Shown piece after piece: positions 23,580 to 37,710 of a stretch of 64,000 nucleotides of DNA. Numbering within the stretch: the stretch's first letter is position 1; each line of letters starts with the position of its first letter. Source of the stretch: Yuukianura sp. NJ FZ-2021 (taxonomy: Eukaryota); NCBI GenBank assembly GCA_046563655.1, contig CM102284.1:8246001-8310000 (forward strand), written 5' to 3'. Made by a program: the position numbers and the translations under genes. The notes under the pieces are model-generated. The model was not told where the DNA came from. It worked only from the letters and a program-made list of their open reading frames with translations, and made no database searches.

Positions 23580-24850
23580 TTATTGTTGTGCAGAACGAGG
23601 TTGAGCCATGTTGACGCTGAAAGTTTGACCTTGAATCGGAAGCGGCCGAGCTGCTTGACGTGGACGTTGACCTCCAGCGATTCCTTGCCGTTGACCTCCA
23701 GCGATTCCTTGCCGTTGACCTCCAGCGATTCCTTGCGGTTGACCTCCAGCGATTCCTTGACCTTGACCTCCAGCGATTCCTTGCGGTTGACCTCCAGCGA
23801 TTCCTTGACCTTGGGATACATCCACTTTCGGTTTGGATTTGAACGCACTCGGAGGTGGGAAACGCTGAGGCCCAGCCGAACTTGGTTTCGTAGAGACTTG
23901 TTGACGAACGTTGTGCGCCGACGTGGTGCGGATGGATGCTGGATCCAAGTTTTTGCAGTTGGGACATTTGCCGCAGAGTTTGAACGCTGGAGAGCTCGTG
24001 GTTGGTCGGAGACTGCGAGCACTGGGAATTCCGTGAGGAGAGCTCAGCGTCTGTGCAGATCCTTGACGCCAGCGTGCATTCCGATGCATCGGCAACCCGC
24101 TCACCTTGACGTAGTCTCCAGCGTCATTCTGGCGCTGTAAATTTAAAAAATTTAGCCGTAATCATTGTTTTCAAAACTTTGGTCAAAATGACTAGTGTAT
24201 TTGTACCATATTTCCAGCAGGAGCATTGTTAGCAGCCTCATTTTGAGGAGCGTCGACTGTTCCAGCATCTCCAGCTGGCTGGAACGACACTGTCATGCCT
24301 TGCTGTTGTCCAGCATCATTTCCAGCGTAGTAGCTCTGCTGCTGGCCTTGATCCTCTCCACCAGCGCCAGCATTTTGTTCGGCCAAGTATGCTTGAGCAG
24401 CATCTCCATGCAAAACTTCAATGTGATCAGCAGTGTGAACCATGTCCGACGTATTTCCAACTCCCGGTATTTGGTACTGCATTCCACTCGTGTTTCCTAG
24501 GGTCAAAGGTCAAAGGTCAGAGGTCAAATATGTCAAGGTCACTTTGGTTACTTACCTGAAGGATACTTGGTGTTTGCTCCAGTAGCAAAATGAGGACAGT
24601 TGGGAGCGTGGACGTGACCTTGAGCCGGAGTAGTGGTGAATCCCATTGGTTGTTGCCACTGACCCCCTCCAGTGCTGCTAATGGGTTGAGGGAAGTAGTA
24701 GTTGGGTGCTGCAGGGTCAAAGGTCACAGGACTCCCTCCCCCTTGACCTCCCCTTTTCATCATGGAGGACAACACTCCTCGGCCATACTCGCTGTTGGAA
24801 GTTGGGTACATCGGTTTAGTCCAACCGCCGTAACTAATCAGTTGATCCAT
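23580..24850 (-). CDS. Uncharacterised Gly/Gln-rich low-complexity protein with (QGIAGGQx) octapeptide repeats
   Basis: Three exons with canonical GT-AG sites and matching phase: 24850-24556, 24496-24207, 24134-23580. A 24-bp tandem repeat lies at ~23665-23812. Confidence 0.7.
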
Positions 24851-25497
24851 GTTGATGGCAAGTACTCCTGTAATCGATTAAAACGCACAAGATCTTTACG
24901 TGACCTTCGAACTTTGAAGAATGACCCTGAGACTTTCTGCCCACGACTTTCTGTTCTTGTTGTGTCAATAATTTCCATACAAATCCGAATAGTAGTAACA
25001 AACCAAACAGTCTGCTGTTGCCATGGGGACAGATTAAAAAAAAAGACCTTTGCTCACATATTTCATGCTTCAAAAGTACCTATATCCTAGAGGAATTCAA
25101 TAAATAATAACAACTATAACAATATTAATTATAATTAATTATAACAATAGTAATTAATGTTCATCTATTTTCATCGTAAGGTTTGTTGATAAGATTTTTT
25201 TTTTACCACAATCTCCCAATGCAAAAATACTCAGCATTCAATCACAACTTTTCCCCATGCTTTCCCAAATTAAAAATTCCTAAAAAATTGCAATTTTTAG
25301 CACTTATATAAGTAATATTGTGAAAAAAAAATTATTGCAATTTATTTATAACTACACCTGTAATAATTACATTTCTCAAAATAATTGTCTAATTAACTAA
25401 TTTAACGTGAATTTACAAAATATGAAGCTGTACTTGATTCAATAGTTTTTAGACTTTGTTAAACTTTGCGTAAAAATGTGGAGTTTGGGCGACGTTG

Positions 25498-27638
25498 TCA
25501 CTCGTCCTCATCTTGTGTCTTTGATTTTTTCTTTTTCTTCTTCTTCTTCACTTCTTCCCCATCTTGAGCAGTTTCCGCTTCTTCCTCCATCGCAGTCACC
25601 GCCACTTCCGGCTCAGCTTCAGCCGCCAATTTCTTCTTTTTCTTCGGTTTAACTTCTCCTTCCAGAGTAGCTGGAGAAAAGGCGTCAGCTCCCTACAAAT
25701 ATTTCATAAATTAACGAATAGTTCATCATCCATTTAATTGGTTTTTCAACTATGTAGGCTGACCTTCCGTTTTGCCATGGTTTCTGGTCCAGCGGATGGA
25801 ATGACAAAGTCTGCATCTTTTTCTTTCTTGATCTTCTTCGGAGAGTCCACACTCACAGATTCCATGGATTTGCTCAAGTAGTCCACTGGAGTCTTCTCAT
25901 TCGGCTTTCCATGTTTATCCAGAAGACCTTGCTTGATCATCTCCTTCTTCATACTGGCCTACTCTCAAAACAATTGAAATTAAACTAATTGATAAATTAA
26001 CTCTGACTTCATCTCATGAGAGTGAGGATGAAGGTCAAAGGTCATTGTATCGGAGTGTGTCACCTTTGGACCCAAACCCCATTTACGGGGATAAGTGTCT
26101 CTCTCCATGATCACTCGCTTTAATTTTGCCACACACCCATGGTCACACATGGAAATGGTTGACGTCGTCATCAGTGCAATCGCTTCAACAGTCAAAGTTA
26201 ACAAACGTTAATTAAACGTTCTTTCAACGTTATAAACAGTTAATCAATTGATTTTGTGACTTACCGAGTGCAATGGCTTCTCCCTTGGTTGTCACAATGA
26301 CAATTTCCTGATTCAGTTCAATCCCATCCTCAAAACGGAGAATACCCGGCAGCATCACCTTCGCTCCGTAGCAAATTGCATTGACCTGAAAAATTGAAAA
26401 AAGTTAGCTTTCAGTTTAACTTTTTTTTTAAAACTTTGTCAATTTGAGTTCTTACAGAGCTGTCCTTGACGATGATGCGCTTGTGAGAGACGAGGAGCCC
26501 TTCGAGGGGGTTGATGACCCTGCGTAAGTAACTTTCGTCCTTGTGATTATCAAAGATCCACTGAGCATCCAGAACGTCATGCATCGTCACAAGGTTGTCC
26601 ATTTCAGTTTGAATTCCAGACCGATTCCGACGCAGTTCCAGCATAATTCCTCCAACACCCAGCATGAGGCCCAAGTGAACGCAGTGTGTTCGGACATAAG
26701 TACCGGCTTCACAGCTCACCCAATAAACTCCTACGAAGTAACAAAAGTCACATTTAATCGATTAATATTTTCCTAAAATCCTTAGTTTTTCGCCAAAATC
26801 TTAGTTTTTCGCTTACCCATGTTCCTCTCTTCGTCATACTCAAACAGCTTTGATTTGTAAATCGTTCTAACACGTAGTTGTCTTTTCACAGCGGAAATAA
26901 GCGGTGGACGTTGGAAGAGAGCTCCTTTCAGCTTTTCCAGAGCTTGAACGACCTGAAACCAAGAACATCAATGTAAAAATGTAGCGAACTTACGTTAATT
27001 TTAAGTTAATCAATTACCTGAGCAGTGCTTTCGACAGCCGAATGCAATTTGAAAACACAGACGTACTCCTTTCCAGCATTCTGCTGAGACTTGACCAAAC
27101 GTGTGGCTCTCTCGACACAAACAATCAAGCATCCAGTGACCTTGGGATCCAATGTACCCGAGTGCCCAGTTTTCTCAACCCGAAGAATCCGCTTTATCCA
27201 GGCCACAACTTCATGGGAACTGGGATTAGAAGGTTTGTCCAAATTGATGTATCCAGAGCGAACGTAGTCTTTGATTTCTCGTTTGAGTGGAGATGCTCCG
27301 AACGGTAGAGGCGTAAAATGACTCGTTTTTATGTTCAGTTTGTCAAAGTTCTTGAGCAGCAGTGGCCATTCGGAGGGTTTCATTCGGGCAGGTTCGGATG
27401 ACGAAGCAAGCACAAAATGCTTCTCAACTTGGACATCAGCCAGTAGTTTCTGTCCATTTGATGATCCCTCGGTAGCAGAAAACACTGGCGTAACACCGTC
27501 CACTTCGTCATCTTCAACTTCCTCCTTGATCTTCCTCGATTTCTTCTTCTTTTTCTGATGATCTGCAATAGGAATTACTAGTAATTAGATAACGTAATTT
27601 TCAATTAACAAAACAAAGAATTAATTGAATCAATTACA
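25498..27638 (-). CDS. DKC1: Dyskerin, H/ACA RNP pseudouridine synthase (Cbf5/Nop60B)
   Basis: Exons 27638-27623, 27562-27018, 26952-26817, 26730-26456, 26385-26265, 26182-26064, 25958-25764, 25692-25498. Motifs [41 protein letters not shown]-region [18 protein letters not shown] and a Lys-rich tail. Confidence 0.98.
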
Positions 27639-28162
27639 AACAAAACTATCGTTATCTATTAATTAACGATATAACGTTTTACCTGTTTCGACAGACATGT
27701 TGCGCTCACTGGTTACTGAATTCGTCTCGTCTATGTACCTAGTACCTTCTAACACTACCAACTCTTGTGTATTCTCGCTTGAAGTAATTACAATGACTAA
27801 TTGTAACAATTACTAATTAGTAATTACTAATTACTGAATCAACGTAAAACAGTAAGAGTAAACAAATCAGCAGCAGCAGCAGTGTGGCTTTGTTGTGTTT
27901 AGCAAGGCAAAAACGGAACCTTTTTGACCTCGTACAACTGTAGCATGTGCCGCCGCATGTGAGCGTTCACACTTTCCCACACACTCAGGTTTGAATTTGC
28001 ACAAATGTTGAGCATTAGACCACTTTCACCACAAATGAACAATAAGACACCTTCAATTGATCAATTAATCGACTATGTAATTTAAGAAATCTGAAATGTG
28101 AATGAATAATCGTTAACAATATTAGTCCTGGACCTTACATTAATTTAAAAGGAGATCATAAA

Positions 28163-31100
28163 CTAAACCATGTTTCGTTTGGGTGCTTTTGGAGAAACGA
28201 TGACTTGCTTCTCCTCACTCAATTCAATCGTGTACGTTGGATCGTTCTTCCCAACCAACAGTTTCCGATTAAACTTGATCTCTGGCTCAGCAACGTCCTC
28301 AACAACACTGATCAAGATTGGACACGGCTCAGTCCATGCCTGAAATATCAAGCATGAATTAGTAATTGACGATTTACGCATATTTGGTAAATAAACTTGT
28401 GAATTTTACGTAGTGTGAAACGTGGATTGTGGTCAAGAGGCGAGTGGTGTCTGCAGAAATCGTGCGGAAGTCAATGTTCCTAGGACGGATCAAGTGCACT
28501 TGTTGGTCTGGGTACTTGACCTGGAAGTTCAAAATAAAAATTATAAAATGAAAACCAAAAAGTAACCAATATTTAATAAAAGTAAAAATGAAACCAAAGA
28601 GTAACAATTTTTAAATTTTGAACTCACCCTAATTCGAATAGTGGACATGTCCGTGACATAGGAAAGTTCGCAGTCGAACGGAATACCAAGCAGGAGTCCT
28701 GCAGTAAACTTCAAAGGAAAGTCAGATTCTCCAGTCGGTTCGATTATCGTAGCCTTCGCCATTCTGACCTGAAACGACAAAATTACGTTTTCGTTAAAAT
28801 TTTCAGTTCAGTTTAGGATCATTTTTTAAATGAAAATCTCACTAGACTTGAAAACGAAACAAGTTGGATTGGATACTTTTCAAAATACGGAAGGAACTTA
28901 GACGAGAGTGTCCCTGGTTTAGGATCATTCGTAGAATCCAGTAAGACGAACAGTGCTTGCGTGAAATCGTCTGGTGTCAAGTTTCCATTGACCTCTAAGT
29001 ATTTTTGCACCAACTCTGCTTGTTTCAGAAGATTTTGACATGGAGCCAGGGCTGATCCAGAAGTGCCATGGGCAATATAAGCCAACTGAAGAGCCAAAAT
29101 CCGCAATTTGAGTTGAATGATGACAGCGTATTCAGTTGGCGAGAGTCCACTGAATCCATACTGCATTTTCAGACAGAGCTGAAGAAGCGACTCAACTTGT
29201 GTTTTCATGACAGCATTTTGTGCTGGATTCTGAGAATCGGATGACAACTTCATCCATGCTGGAGACTGGATGCAGTTTGTGTAAATCAGCTGGACTCGTA
29301 TGTACAACGAAGTAAACTTGGCCATCATCGAGATTTCTTGGTCCACGTCGGCCAATCGCTGGAATTAATCAGGTTTAAGTCAATTAGTAATTGAATCAAT
29401 CAGTAATTGGAATTTAATTGTTGGCCAACTTACTTTCAAATCTTTCAAAATCAGTTTATGCAACTGAAGTTTCATCTTGGGGTTGAGTGCCGACGAATTC
29501 TTGAGTTTTCCAATCAACTCCTTCAGCAGTACTTGTCCATTCGTAGAATCTTTAGTTTCTCCAGTATTCGGAGCAGTACTTGGCGATAAAGAGTATCCAT
29601 GTCCAGCTTCTGCCAGCACATCACTCAAATCTGGCACGAATTGCGGAATGGTGTCACGGAGATAGTGGTAGTGTCGAATCAGTTTTTCATCAAACAGAGT
29701 TTTCATGGTGGGGCATCCCTTGGCTCCATTCAGAACTAAGATGAGGACACACGCGTAAGCTGGATCTTCTGGATCAGTTTCTGGCGTATCGAAGAACGGA
29801 TGCTGCGATAAAAGTGCGGGGACGAGTGGGAGGATCAACCACGAATGGTTTCTGCCGACTCCTTGCAAACACTTCCAAATTGACTTCTTATCCGACGGGT
29901 ACTTTTTTAGATTCACAAGGAGATTGTCTAGACAAATCTTGATGCAGTTCTTTGTCATCAACGTTGACACGGACAACAAATTGTGCAGTTCCTCACGAAT
30001 GTCAATCGAAGTATCCTGAGATACGAAAAAAAAAGATTATCCAAATTGAAACTGTTTCTTCAACATTTTTTGAAAATGCAGATTTTTACTTCGATGGCAG
30101 ACAAGATGACCTCCAGTTGATCTTCCCAGAGAACAATGTGTTTGCTGATTCTGGTCAAACTGTCAATGGCCTTGAGTCGAACTTCCTCAATTTCGTCGTT
30201 GAACATGTCAACTAAAAAGTCCAGAGCCAAGGTAGCAAATTCTACTCTGCTCATGGACAAGGTACACAAGGATTCCACTGCGGCACTTCGAACCTCTAAA
30301 GCAGCAATAAATTCAGAATTTTACTTTGATATTTTGAAAATGTTGATAATGAAGATGACATCTGATTGGTTAATTGATAATTTGGATTGTTTTACCTTGA
30401 AATTCATCTTCCAGACCATGCACAAAGGCACCAGCAGAACCTGAGCTGATAAGAGACACTGAATCAGCGTCCACAAGCTCCTTCGGAGCATCGTCTGACC
30501 ATCCGTTCCCAGTGGACCACTCTCCTGCTCTCACTTTTTCACGTTGACGCTCATGTGCCGAGCGTTTTCGCTGCAGAAAACGAAAATTTCATCAATTTTT
30601 AGTGATTTCTAGTTAAAACCATATGAACTCACCCTCATGTCCGACATTAGTTTCTTGTCAAGCGTCTGATCAAGAAATGCTTGTCCAACTTGTGGCATTT
30701 TGCCTAACAGCTGAGCAGCAAGTACTCGAACCTAAAAGTTAAGGCCAAATTAATCCGACATTTTTGTAATTTGATGAACATTTTACAAATTCTAACAAAC
30801 AAGGTTACCTGAACGCAGGGATCGTTGATGGTTCTGCAAACTTTTCCAAAAGCATCGTCGATTAGCCTCATCTTGTCACGCCCATCAGGAGTTGGAATGA
30901 GTCTGACAAGAAAAAAACGTTGAAAAGTGAAAACACGAATTTCAGTTGATAAGAAAAAGTTCAAAAAATGGTAGCAACTAAAAGTTGTCTTACTCTTCCG
31001 GATAAGTTTGACTCAAAGTCCAGAAGAGCTCGATAGCCGCCAACTTGACCGTCTCATAGTCATCATCCAAGTATTTCACAACGTCGTTGTAAATGGACAG

Positions 31101-31967
31101 TTCTAGAGTTGCTCCTTTCTTGTGCAGTTGAAGCATTATCTTGAATGACATGCTTCTCACTCTGGGATCATGACTGTGTGAATACGAATGGACAAATTGA
31201 ACTGTATCTGTAACAAACGATGGATCGTCGAAGCTTAGCAAAGATCCCAGTAGTTCCAAACATTTGCACTTCACCCTCGAATCTGTGTTCTTGATAAACT
31301 TCTTGGCTAACGAAACAAGCCTTGCGTTGAGAAATGGATTTGATGCTGTGTTGGCCAGTTTCAATGCTACTGTTAGTCCAGCATGAATCACCAACGGTCT
31401 TGATTCTTTCGAAATGAGACGAATGATTTCATCCAGCATGAGCTTCCAACAAAAAACAGAAAGTTTATCACAAAATATAGCCACTAGTTTGCTAACAAAA
31501 GCAAGTTCGCAGATGCATTTTTTTCATACCGTGACGTCCACAGGGGTCAACTTGAGCAGTTGTAGAATTGACAAGCATTTGGATTTCACAGCGACATCCG
31601 AATTGCTCTGATACACCGAGATCAGTTTCTTCCATAGCAAGTTTTCCACCTTGGTCTAAAAACAGCAAAAATTTTGTTAAAAAAACGTTGTCAAAACGTT
31701 GGGCTTGAAAAGACATACCGCTGCTGGGAGACAGGATGCAATTTTGGAAAGGAGCTTGAAGAGGTCACTGGCCGAAGTGGCTGAGGATTCCAGAGCGTTG
31801 ATATCGTTTTCAAGTGTCACATTATGAGTAGCCTTTTGGTCAGCAAATCCTGACGGTTGTCGTTTCTTGATTAATCGGAGTTTCTTCGGAGGAGTCGGTT
31901 CCACAATGACTGTTTGGGACATGGACGAGTACTCCGCCAACGCTCGCTTCTTTATCAAAGCAGCCAT
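28163..31967 (-). CDS. INTS4: Integrator complex subunit 4 (HEAT-repeat scaffold)
   Basis: Multi-exon gene. N-terminus [14 protein letters not shown]; motifs [67 protein letters not shown] and QVKYPDQQ. Confidence 0.93.
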
Positions 31968-32566
31968 TTCTAATTAATTAACTAATTAATTTCTTACTTC
32001 AATTAATTGAATTCAAGTTGAACACTGATGTTTCAGCTCAGCTGATGTTTGATTTTTTATTTTGCCAGAAATGCAAAGTAAACAAAAGATTTCAAAAATA
32101 TTTTTTGAATAGTTTTCCCGCGGTTTTGAAAAGATTACAAAAAACATAGCGTCTTTTGCGTCACTTTCTTATGGACATGAAACGTTTTGAATTCTTTTTG
32201 AAGAAAAGTAAAGAATTCTCAAATTAATTTTTACATATTATAAGTTCTATAATTACGGTAGTAAAAGTAATTAAAATTGGACTAATTGTTAATTTTTCTC
32301 TACTGATTAAGCTTTTCCAAAACATGACGCCTCTATTCACTTTTTACGACAATTCTGTACAGTTAAATCATGTGTACCAATTCCTAGGACAAACTTTTTA
32401 ATTTTACGGAGAAAAGATCTGACAAAAATTAAGTTTTTCTTTGGTTGGCAGAGAACCACGATACTTTTTTTGATAAACAGAATTTTGAGACAGCTGAAAA
32501 CAAGATTCGAAAAGACAAAAAATCTGCCGAAAGCTAGTGACTGACAAGATTCATATTAGCTGAACA

Positions 32567-34044
32567 ATGTCAACACAAAATCACCGAGTGACCATATTCT
32601 TGACCTTTGCCCTCCTATTTCAAGTGTACTTGTTATTTTATCTGCAAAGTAGAGTCGCCAAGAAAAGTCATGTCAGTGTTCCTGTCAAAACCAGAGCCAA
32701 TGTCACTTCAAAAAAAGTTGACCTCGTGAGGTCACCAAAACCACAACCGCTGAACTTCCTGAAAACTTCGAGTAAAGATTACAAACGGAGTCGCTACTTT
32801 TATCAACGTGGGAATTACACAGTTCTGACCAACTACGTCCAAGGAACAGCAGTCTACGACGAATTGAGTACCATAACACTAGTGACGCATGCGACATTGG
32901 ACTACTTGGACCATATCCAGACACTCGTCACATTCTGGAATGGCCCAATTTCACTCACAGTTTATGCTCCTGGACCAGAATTTGATCTGACCTTGACCAA
33001 AATTGCGTTTTTTCGGAGATGCTCTCCAAAACCAGTCGCCTCCGCCATTAAAACGAACGTCACTTTTCATATTTTCTTTGAAACTTCTTTTCTTCCTAAA
33101 CTTCCAGCAGGAATGAATTTCTATGACCTTGACCTTCCAGTGGTCATATGTCGAAGTAAAAAGCAAAAGTGGATGCCCAATCCAAGGTCAAAGGTCAACT
33201 TTCGCAAAACCAATCACCTTCTGTATCCAATCAATGTCGCTCGTAATGTCGCCAAAGAGTCTGCAAGAACACACTTCGTCCTTGTCAACGACATTGAGTT
33301 GCTCCCGAATCCGCCAGATTTCATTCCAAAATTCCTGGATTTGATCCAACGACGCCTGTCGCAAGGTTTGAAATCAAAATTTAGAAAAACTTTTGAAAAA
33401 TTAAAATTTCACTTTTTAGAAACTGAAATTTCAGTTTACTTTTTGTTTCAGGCGAACAACTGACTCGAGAAGTGTTCGTGTTGCCGCCTTTCGAGTTGAG
33501 CAAACTTGTAAAACCCGAAGAAATTCCGAGGTCAAAGGTTGCTTTGCAGGCGCTGCTCAAATCCAAGCGCACTCTGGCGTTTCCGTTCCACTTTTTCGCC
33601 TGTTTCCTCTGTCATCGCATTCCCTATCAATGGGAGTGGATGCATCAGAAATCGCTGCAAAAAGACGCTGAATCGCTGAATATCTTCCAGTCTACTCCGT
33701 ACATCACCACGTCTGCTTGGGAACCTTTTTACGTCGGCACTCGATGGGATCCGCCATTTGATGAAGGATTTTTCAGAGAAACTGCTTTGAACAAGGTCAT
33801 CCAAGCGGCAATTTTGTGTCACCAAAACTACACTTTTCATATTCTGGACACTGCATTTTTAGTGCATTTGCCTGGAATTCGGTATGGAAGATCTTTTAAT
33901 AGTCAAGCACTCAAAACCAAAGGAATCAAGCTCGCACGAACACAAATTCTACCGTTGCAATTCAGTCTCTACGGAAAAATATCCAACCGATGCTGGCAAA
34001 TCAACTCCACAAAACCAAATCCAACCAATGACAATAATATTTAA
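32567..34044 (+). CDS. GT49-family glycosyltransferase (beta-1,4-glucuronyltransferase B4GAT1-like), type II membrane protein
   Basis: Exons 32567-33365 and 33452-34044 (phase-1 GT-AG intron). N-terminal TM anchor; motifs WNGPISLTVYAPG, YPINVARNVA, FVLVNDIELLP, WEPFYVG and FLVHLPG. Confidence 0.9.
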
Positions 34045-34350
34045 CAAGCCAACTTTAAAATTTTAAGAGAATTTTAAATTCTAATTTGAAATTTTGAACT
34101 ATTTGTTGTAAGCACAATTTATATAATTTTAAGCTACAAAAGTATGGATAGTTGTGAAAGTTTAAGTTTGAGTAAAAGTGAAATTATGAAATTTTTGACA
34201 TTTGAACAGAATTTCATTTGAAATGTATAAGAATTTTTATGATAACTTTTGAAATACGGGAATTTCTAGTAAAAAAAAAACTAGAAAATTGTAATATAGT
34301 GAAAGTTTAAGTTTGAGTGAAAGTAAAATTGTGAAAATAAAATTTTAAAT

Positions 34351-36830
34351 TTAAATGTACACCAATGTATCGATGGGTTCCATTTCAATTTTCCCGTTTG
34401 GGCAATCCAGTGTCATTTTCGACTCGTTTTCTAGCCCATCCGTGTCTTCTTGAATGACCAAAACCGAATTCGGTTCAACTGCTCCCGCCATGTCCATTCC
34501 TTCCTCTTGTCCAATTTTTGCTTGATCTGCGTCGTTTTGTGCCTCGTTTGGTTCAATTTGTTCAAAAACTTGGAAAATTGAGACATGTTGATCTTGTGAA
34601 CTTTGTGGGACGAGAGTAGAAGCGTTGCTTTCTGCTTCCTCTTGAATCGTCGGCAGACTGGATTCGATGACCAACCGACTCGGGAATTTCCGTTCAACGA
34701 GCAGCGGTGGTGGCGCAGACGCTGGAATTGAAGTTGACGCTGATTCAGCGTCTGGAGTAGTTGGATTCAGCGATTTAAAAGGAATTCGGTAGTAGTGACG
34801 ATGCTGAGTTTGGGAAGTGACTGGAGGGACGACGCTGATTGGTGGACTCAGATTTCTGCCTTGGACGGAAGTTCCCCTGGGGGGAAATCGCTGTTTCAGT
34901 TCAGCCATGACTTTGCCTTTGGGGTCAACTTTAGAAACGGAGGAGATTGGAGTCTGGACGTGTGGCAGAGAGGAATAGTGGGACAGTTGAGGTTGTTGGA
35001 CTCCGGTGGGACGTAAAGTCCCACCGGAGTTGCCATTAACATTTTCTGGAATTCTGGAATTCTGTTCTTGGTTTTGGCGAAAGTAGGCAATAAAGTTGTG
35101 AGTGGAGGGGTAAGGAGTGGTACTCAAAATCGAATTGTTGTCACGCGGTCTCATCAGCATTTCCACTGAAAACAAAATTTCGAATTTCGAAAATTCTAAA
35201 AAAAAAATTGAATTTTGAGGAAATGATTGCATTTTTTCAAAAAAAAATTTTCTTACTATTGCTATCGTTGTTCTCGTTTCTGAATCCGGGTGACATCCAC
35301 TGATTTCCACCACGCTGACCTTTCCGCAGTTGACCTTTCGTTTTCACCGAGCGTGGAGTCATTGTTCGTGTTCTGAAAAATTTTGAAAAAGATTTCCAAA
35401 ATTTTTTAAAATTTAATTTTCAAAATATCGAAAACTGAAAGTTTGATGCGCTGACCTTTCCTTGACCCTGCGTTGACCTTTGCGTCCAGCCGAAGTTTGT
35501 TGACCTTGAGACGCTCCAGATGAATTTCCGACATTGTTGTTTTCCAAATCCACAGCAAATGAAACAATGCTTTCCCCTCCTCCGTGTCTCCTCGTTCTGT
35601 AAATCCTGCGATTGACAGCATTCCGAGCCAAACCGACAGTGGGATTGCAATTGGCCGAAGTGTTGGCAGCAGTTGTGCTGGATACTGCCGTTTGACTCAA
35701 GCATGTTCCAGCATCGTCGTTCCCCGCTCCCTCTTCTTGTTCCTCTTCTGCGTACTCCAAAGCAACTACTTTGAAAATTCCTAGATTCAGAAAAAAAGCG
35801 AAACAGAGAGCAGTGATTCCAACAATTAGCATTTCAAGACCGAGTTTTCGCAGAACTTGACCCTGCATTTCGGAAATGATTCTACCACAACCCTGTTTTG
35901 AAAAAAAATCGAAATTTAATTTTTTAGAAAATTTCAAGTAAGCAATTTTGGCATGCAGCGACCTACGTTAGTGATGAGGACTTGCTCAATTTCAAAAATA
36001 TTTTTTTCCGGCACCAAAATATTTTTTCCGCAATTCGGTGCTGGAATGTTTGATTTCCGACTGCAGCAAGTATCCGGAACGCTGCCGTTTTGCAGCGATG
36101 AAATGTTGAACTGCAGATAGTCTTTGTACGAAATCACTCCGCAGCAGTCGTGCTAAATCAGCATTTTAAAAATTTGCATTTAAAAAGTGTGTTCTGCCCA
36201 AAATTTCAACTTGAAAATTGTATTGGCTCAAAATTTCATCTTGAAAATTGTATTGGCTCAAAATTTTATTTTGAAAAGTGTATTCTATTTAAAGTTTAAA
36301 CTTTTTTACCTCCCATTGAACAGTAGAGAGCCAATGGAGGTATTGTTCTGCTCTTGTTCCATTTGCCTTGTGTATCGTCTGGAAGATGTCCAGAGTCAAA
36401 TCTCTGGAAGATTCCCGGAGACTGACCGTGCCAAAAGCAAGTAGCGTGACCCCTGACCCGAGTAAGAAGAATCCAGGAATGTACCAGATCACAATGTTTC
36501 TCCAGAACACTCCAGCGAGGCCAATGGCACTGACTAATAGGAACAGTCCTTGCACCACCATCAACACAACGATTCCAGGACGCTCATTCAGCGGCCAATT
36601 CCCATGGATTGACCCCTTGTCCAGAGCCCAACAATTTAGCACCAGACCAATTACGGCATAGGACTACCAAAAAAAAGAAGTTACAATTTGAAAATTTTGA
36701 AATTTTGGAATTCAGCCTGTTTCGGATTTACTCATTTCAAATTTTTTAAAAACAAGGTCAAGCTCACCGCAAGTCCCACAAACATCAACACAACCAATGG
36801 CACAAAATACTTGTAACTCCAAATCTGCAT
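34351..36830 (-). CDS. Divergent tetraspanin with a very long C-terminal cytoplasmic tail
   Basis: Exons 36830-36768, 36663-36310, 36152-35967, 35892-35456, 35372-35257, 35165-34351. Four TM segments; EC2 carries HDCCG, PDTCC and a terminal GC motif. Confidence 0.8.
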
Positions 36831-37710
36831 TTTACTTTCTGTAATGCAAATTATGAAATTTTGTGTCAATGAATCCAAAGAAGGTTTGGAGTTTCAAGAG
36901 TCTTAAAATTTCCAGTAAACTTGTCCAAAATTAGCAAAAAATGAAGAAAGACTGAAAACTAGCGACTGAAAAAAGGCGCTACATTTTGATTGCAACGTTT
37001 TAATGAATTGGTTTCCAGTTTTCCCATTGATATGACAATGGCAATTTAACTTAAGAAATTAAAATCGCAATTTGTTAAAAAACCAGCTTGGGTTCAAGGT
37101 AAATAGAATACTCCTGCTTGGGTTTCGTTTATAGTTTGGATTACTAAAACGCCATGTAAATAATAATGTAATGCAGCGTAGGTAAACAGTGAGTGTCGGT
37201 TGTTGTTGTATCACAGTGTGATCTGTGTGAATTTTTGCGTGTCGTGCAGACTGCTATCCTATAAAAGTGAACCCTCGATTTTGGCCGGAGCCTATGCGGA
37301 GATTATACGAAACAAAAAGGTTCCCTCCGTTTCTTGTGACGTCACTCACCACGGCACAAATACCCTTGCCCAAATACATAGACTGAATTATTTTTTATTT
37401 CAAGTGACAGTGAAACATACATAAACTTTATTTTTAATTTCTCTCGAAGATTTTCTACAGATTTGCGTAAATTTTTATTGGTGAAGCACCCAGTTCACGG
37501 TGTAGAACAGCATTTAAAGTAACTTTTAATAAAAAATTTTCCCAAGCCAAACGATTTGAAAAGAAATATACAACTTTTCTAGAAAAAAAAAAGAAAGTGT
37601 AGAGTTGAAAACCACTTAAAATGAGTGTTTCGCTCGTTTCTTGTTTTATTTTACATTTGTGTTAAAAAAAAGTACATTTTTGGAACCGAACAAAGTTGGG
37701 GGTTGAGAAT

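Noticed and set aside
25959..26063. Possible intronic snoRNA in dyskerin (DKC1 orthologs often host snoRNAs)
   Set aside because: The intron is only ~105 nt. No C/D box pair or two-hairpin H/ACA structure was found by eye; an Infernal/Rfam search would settle it.
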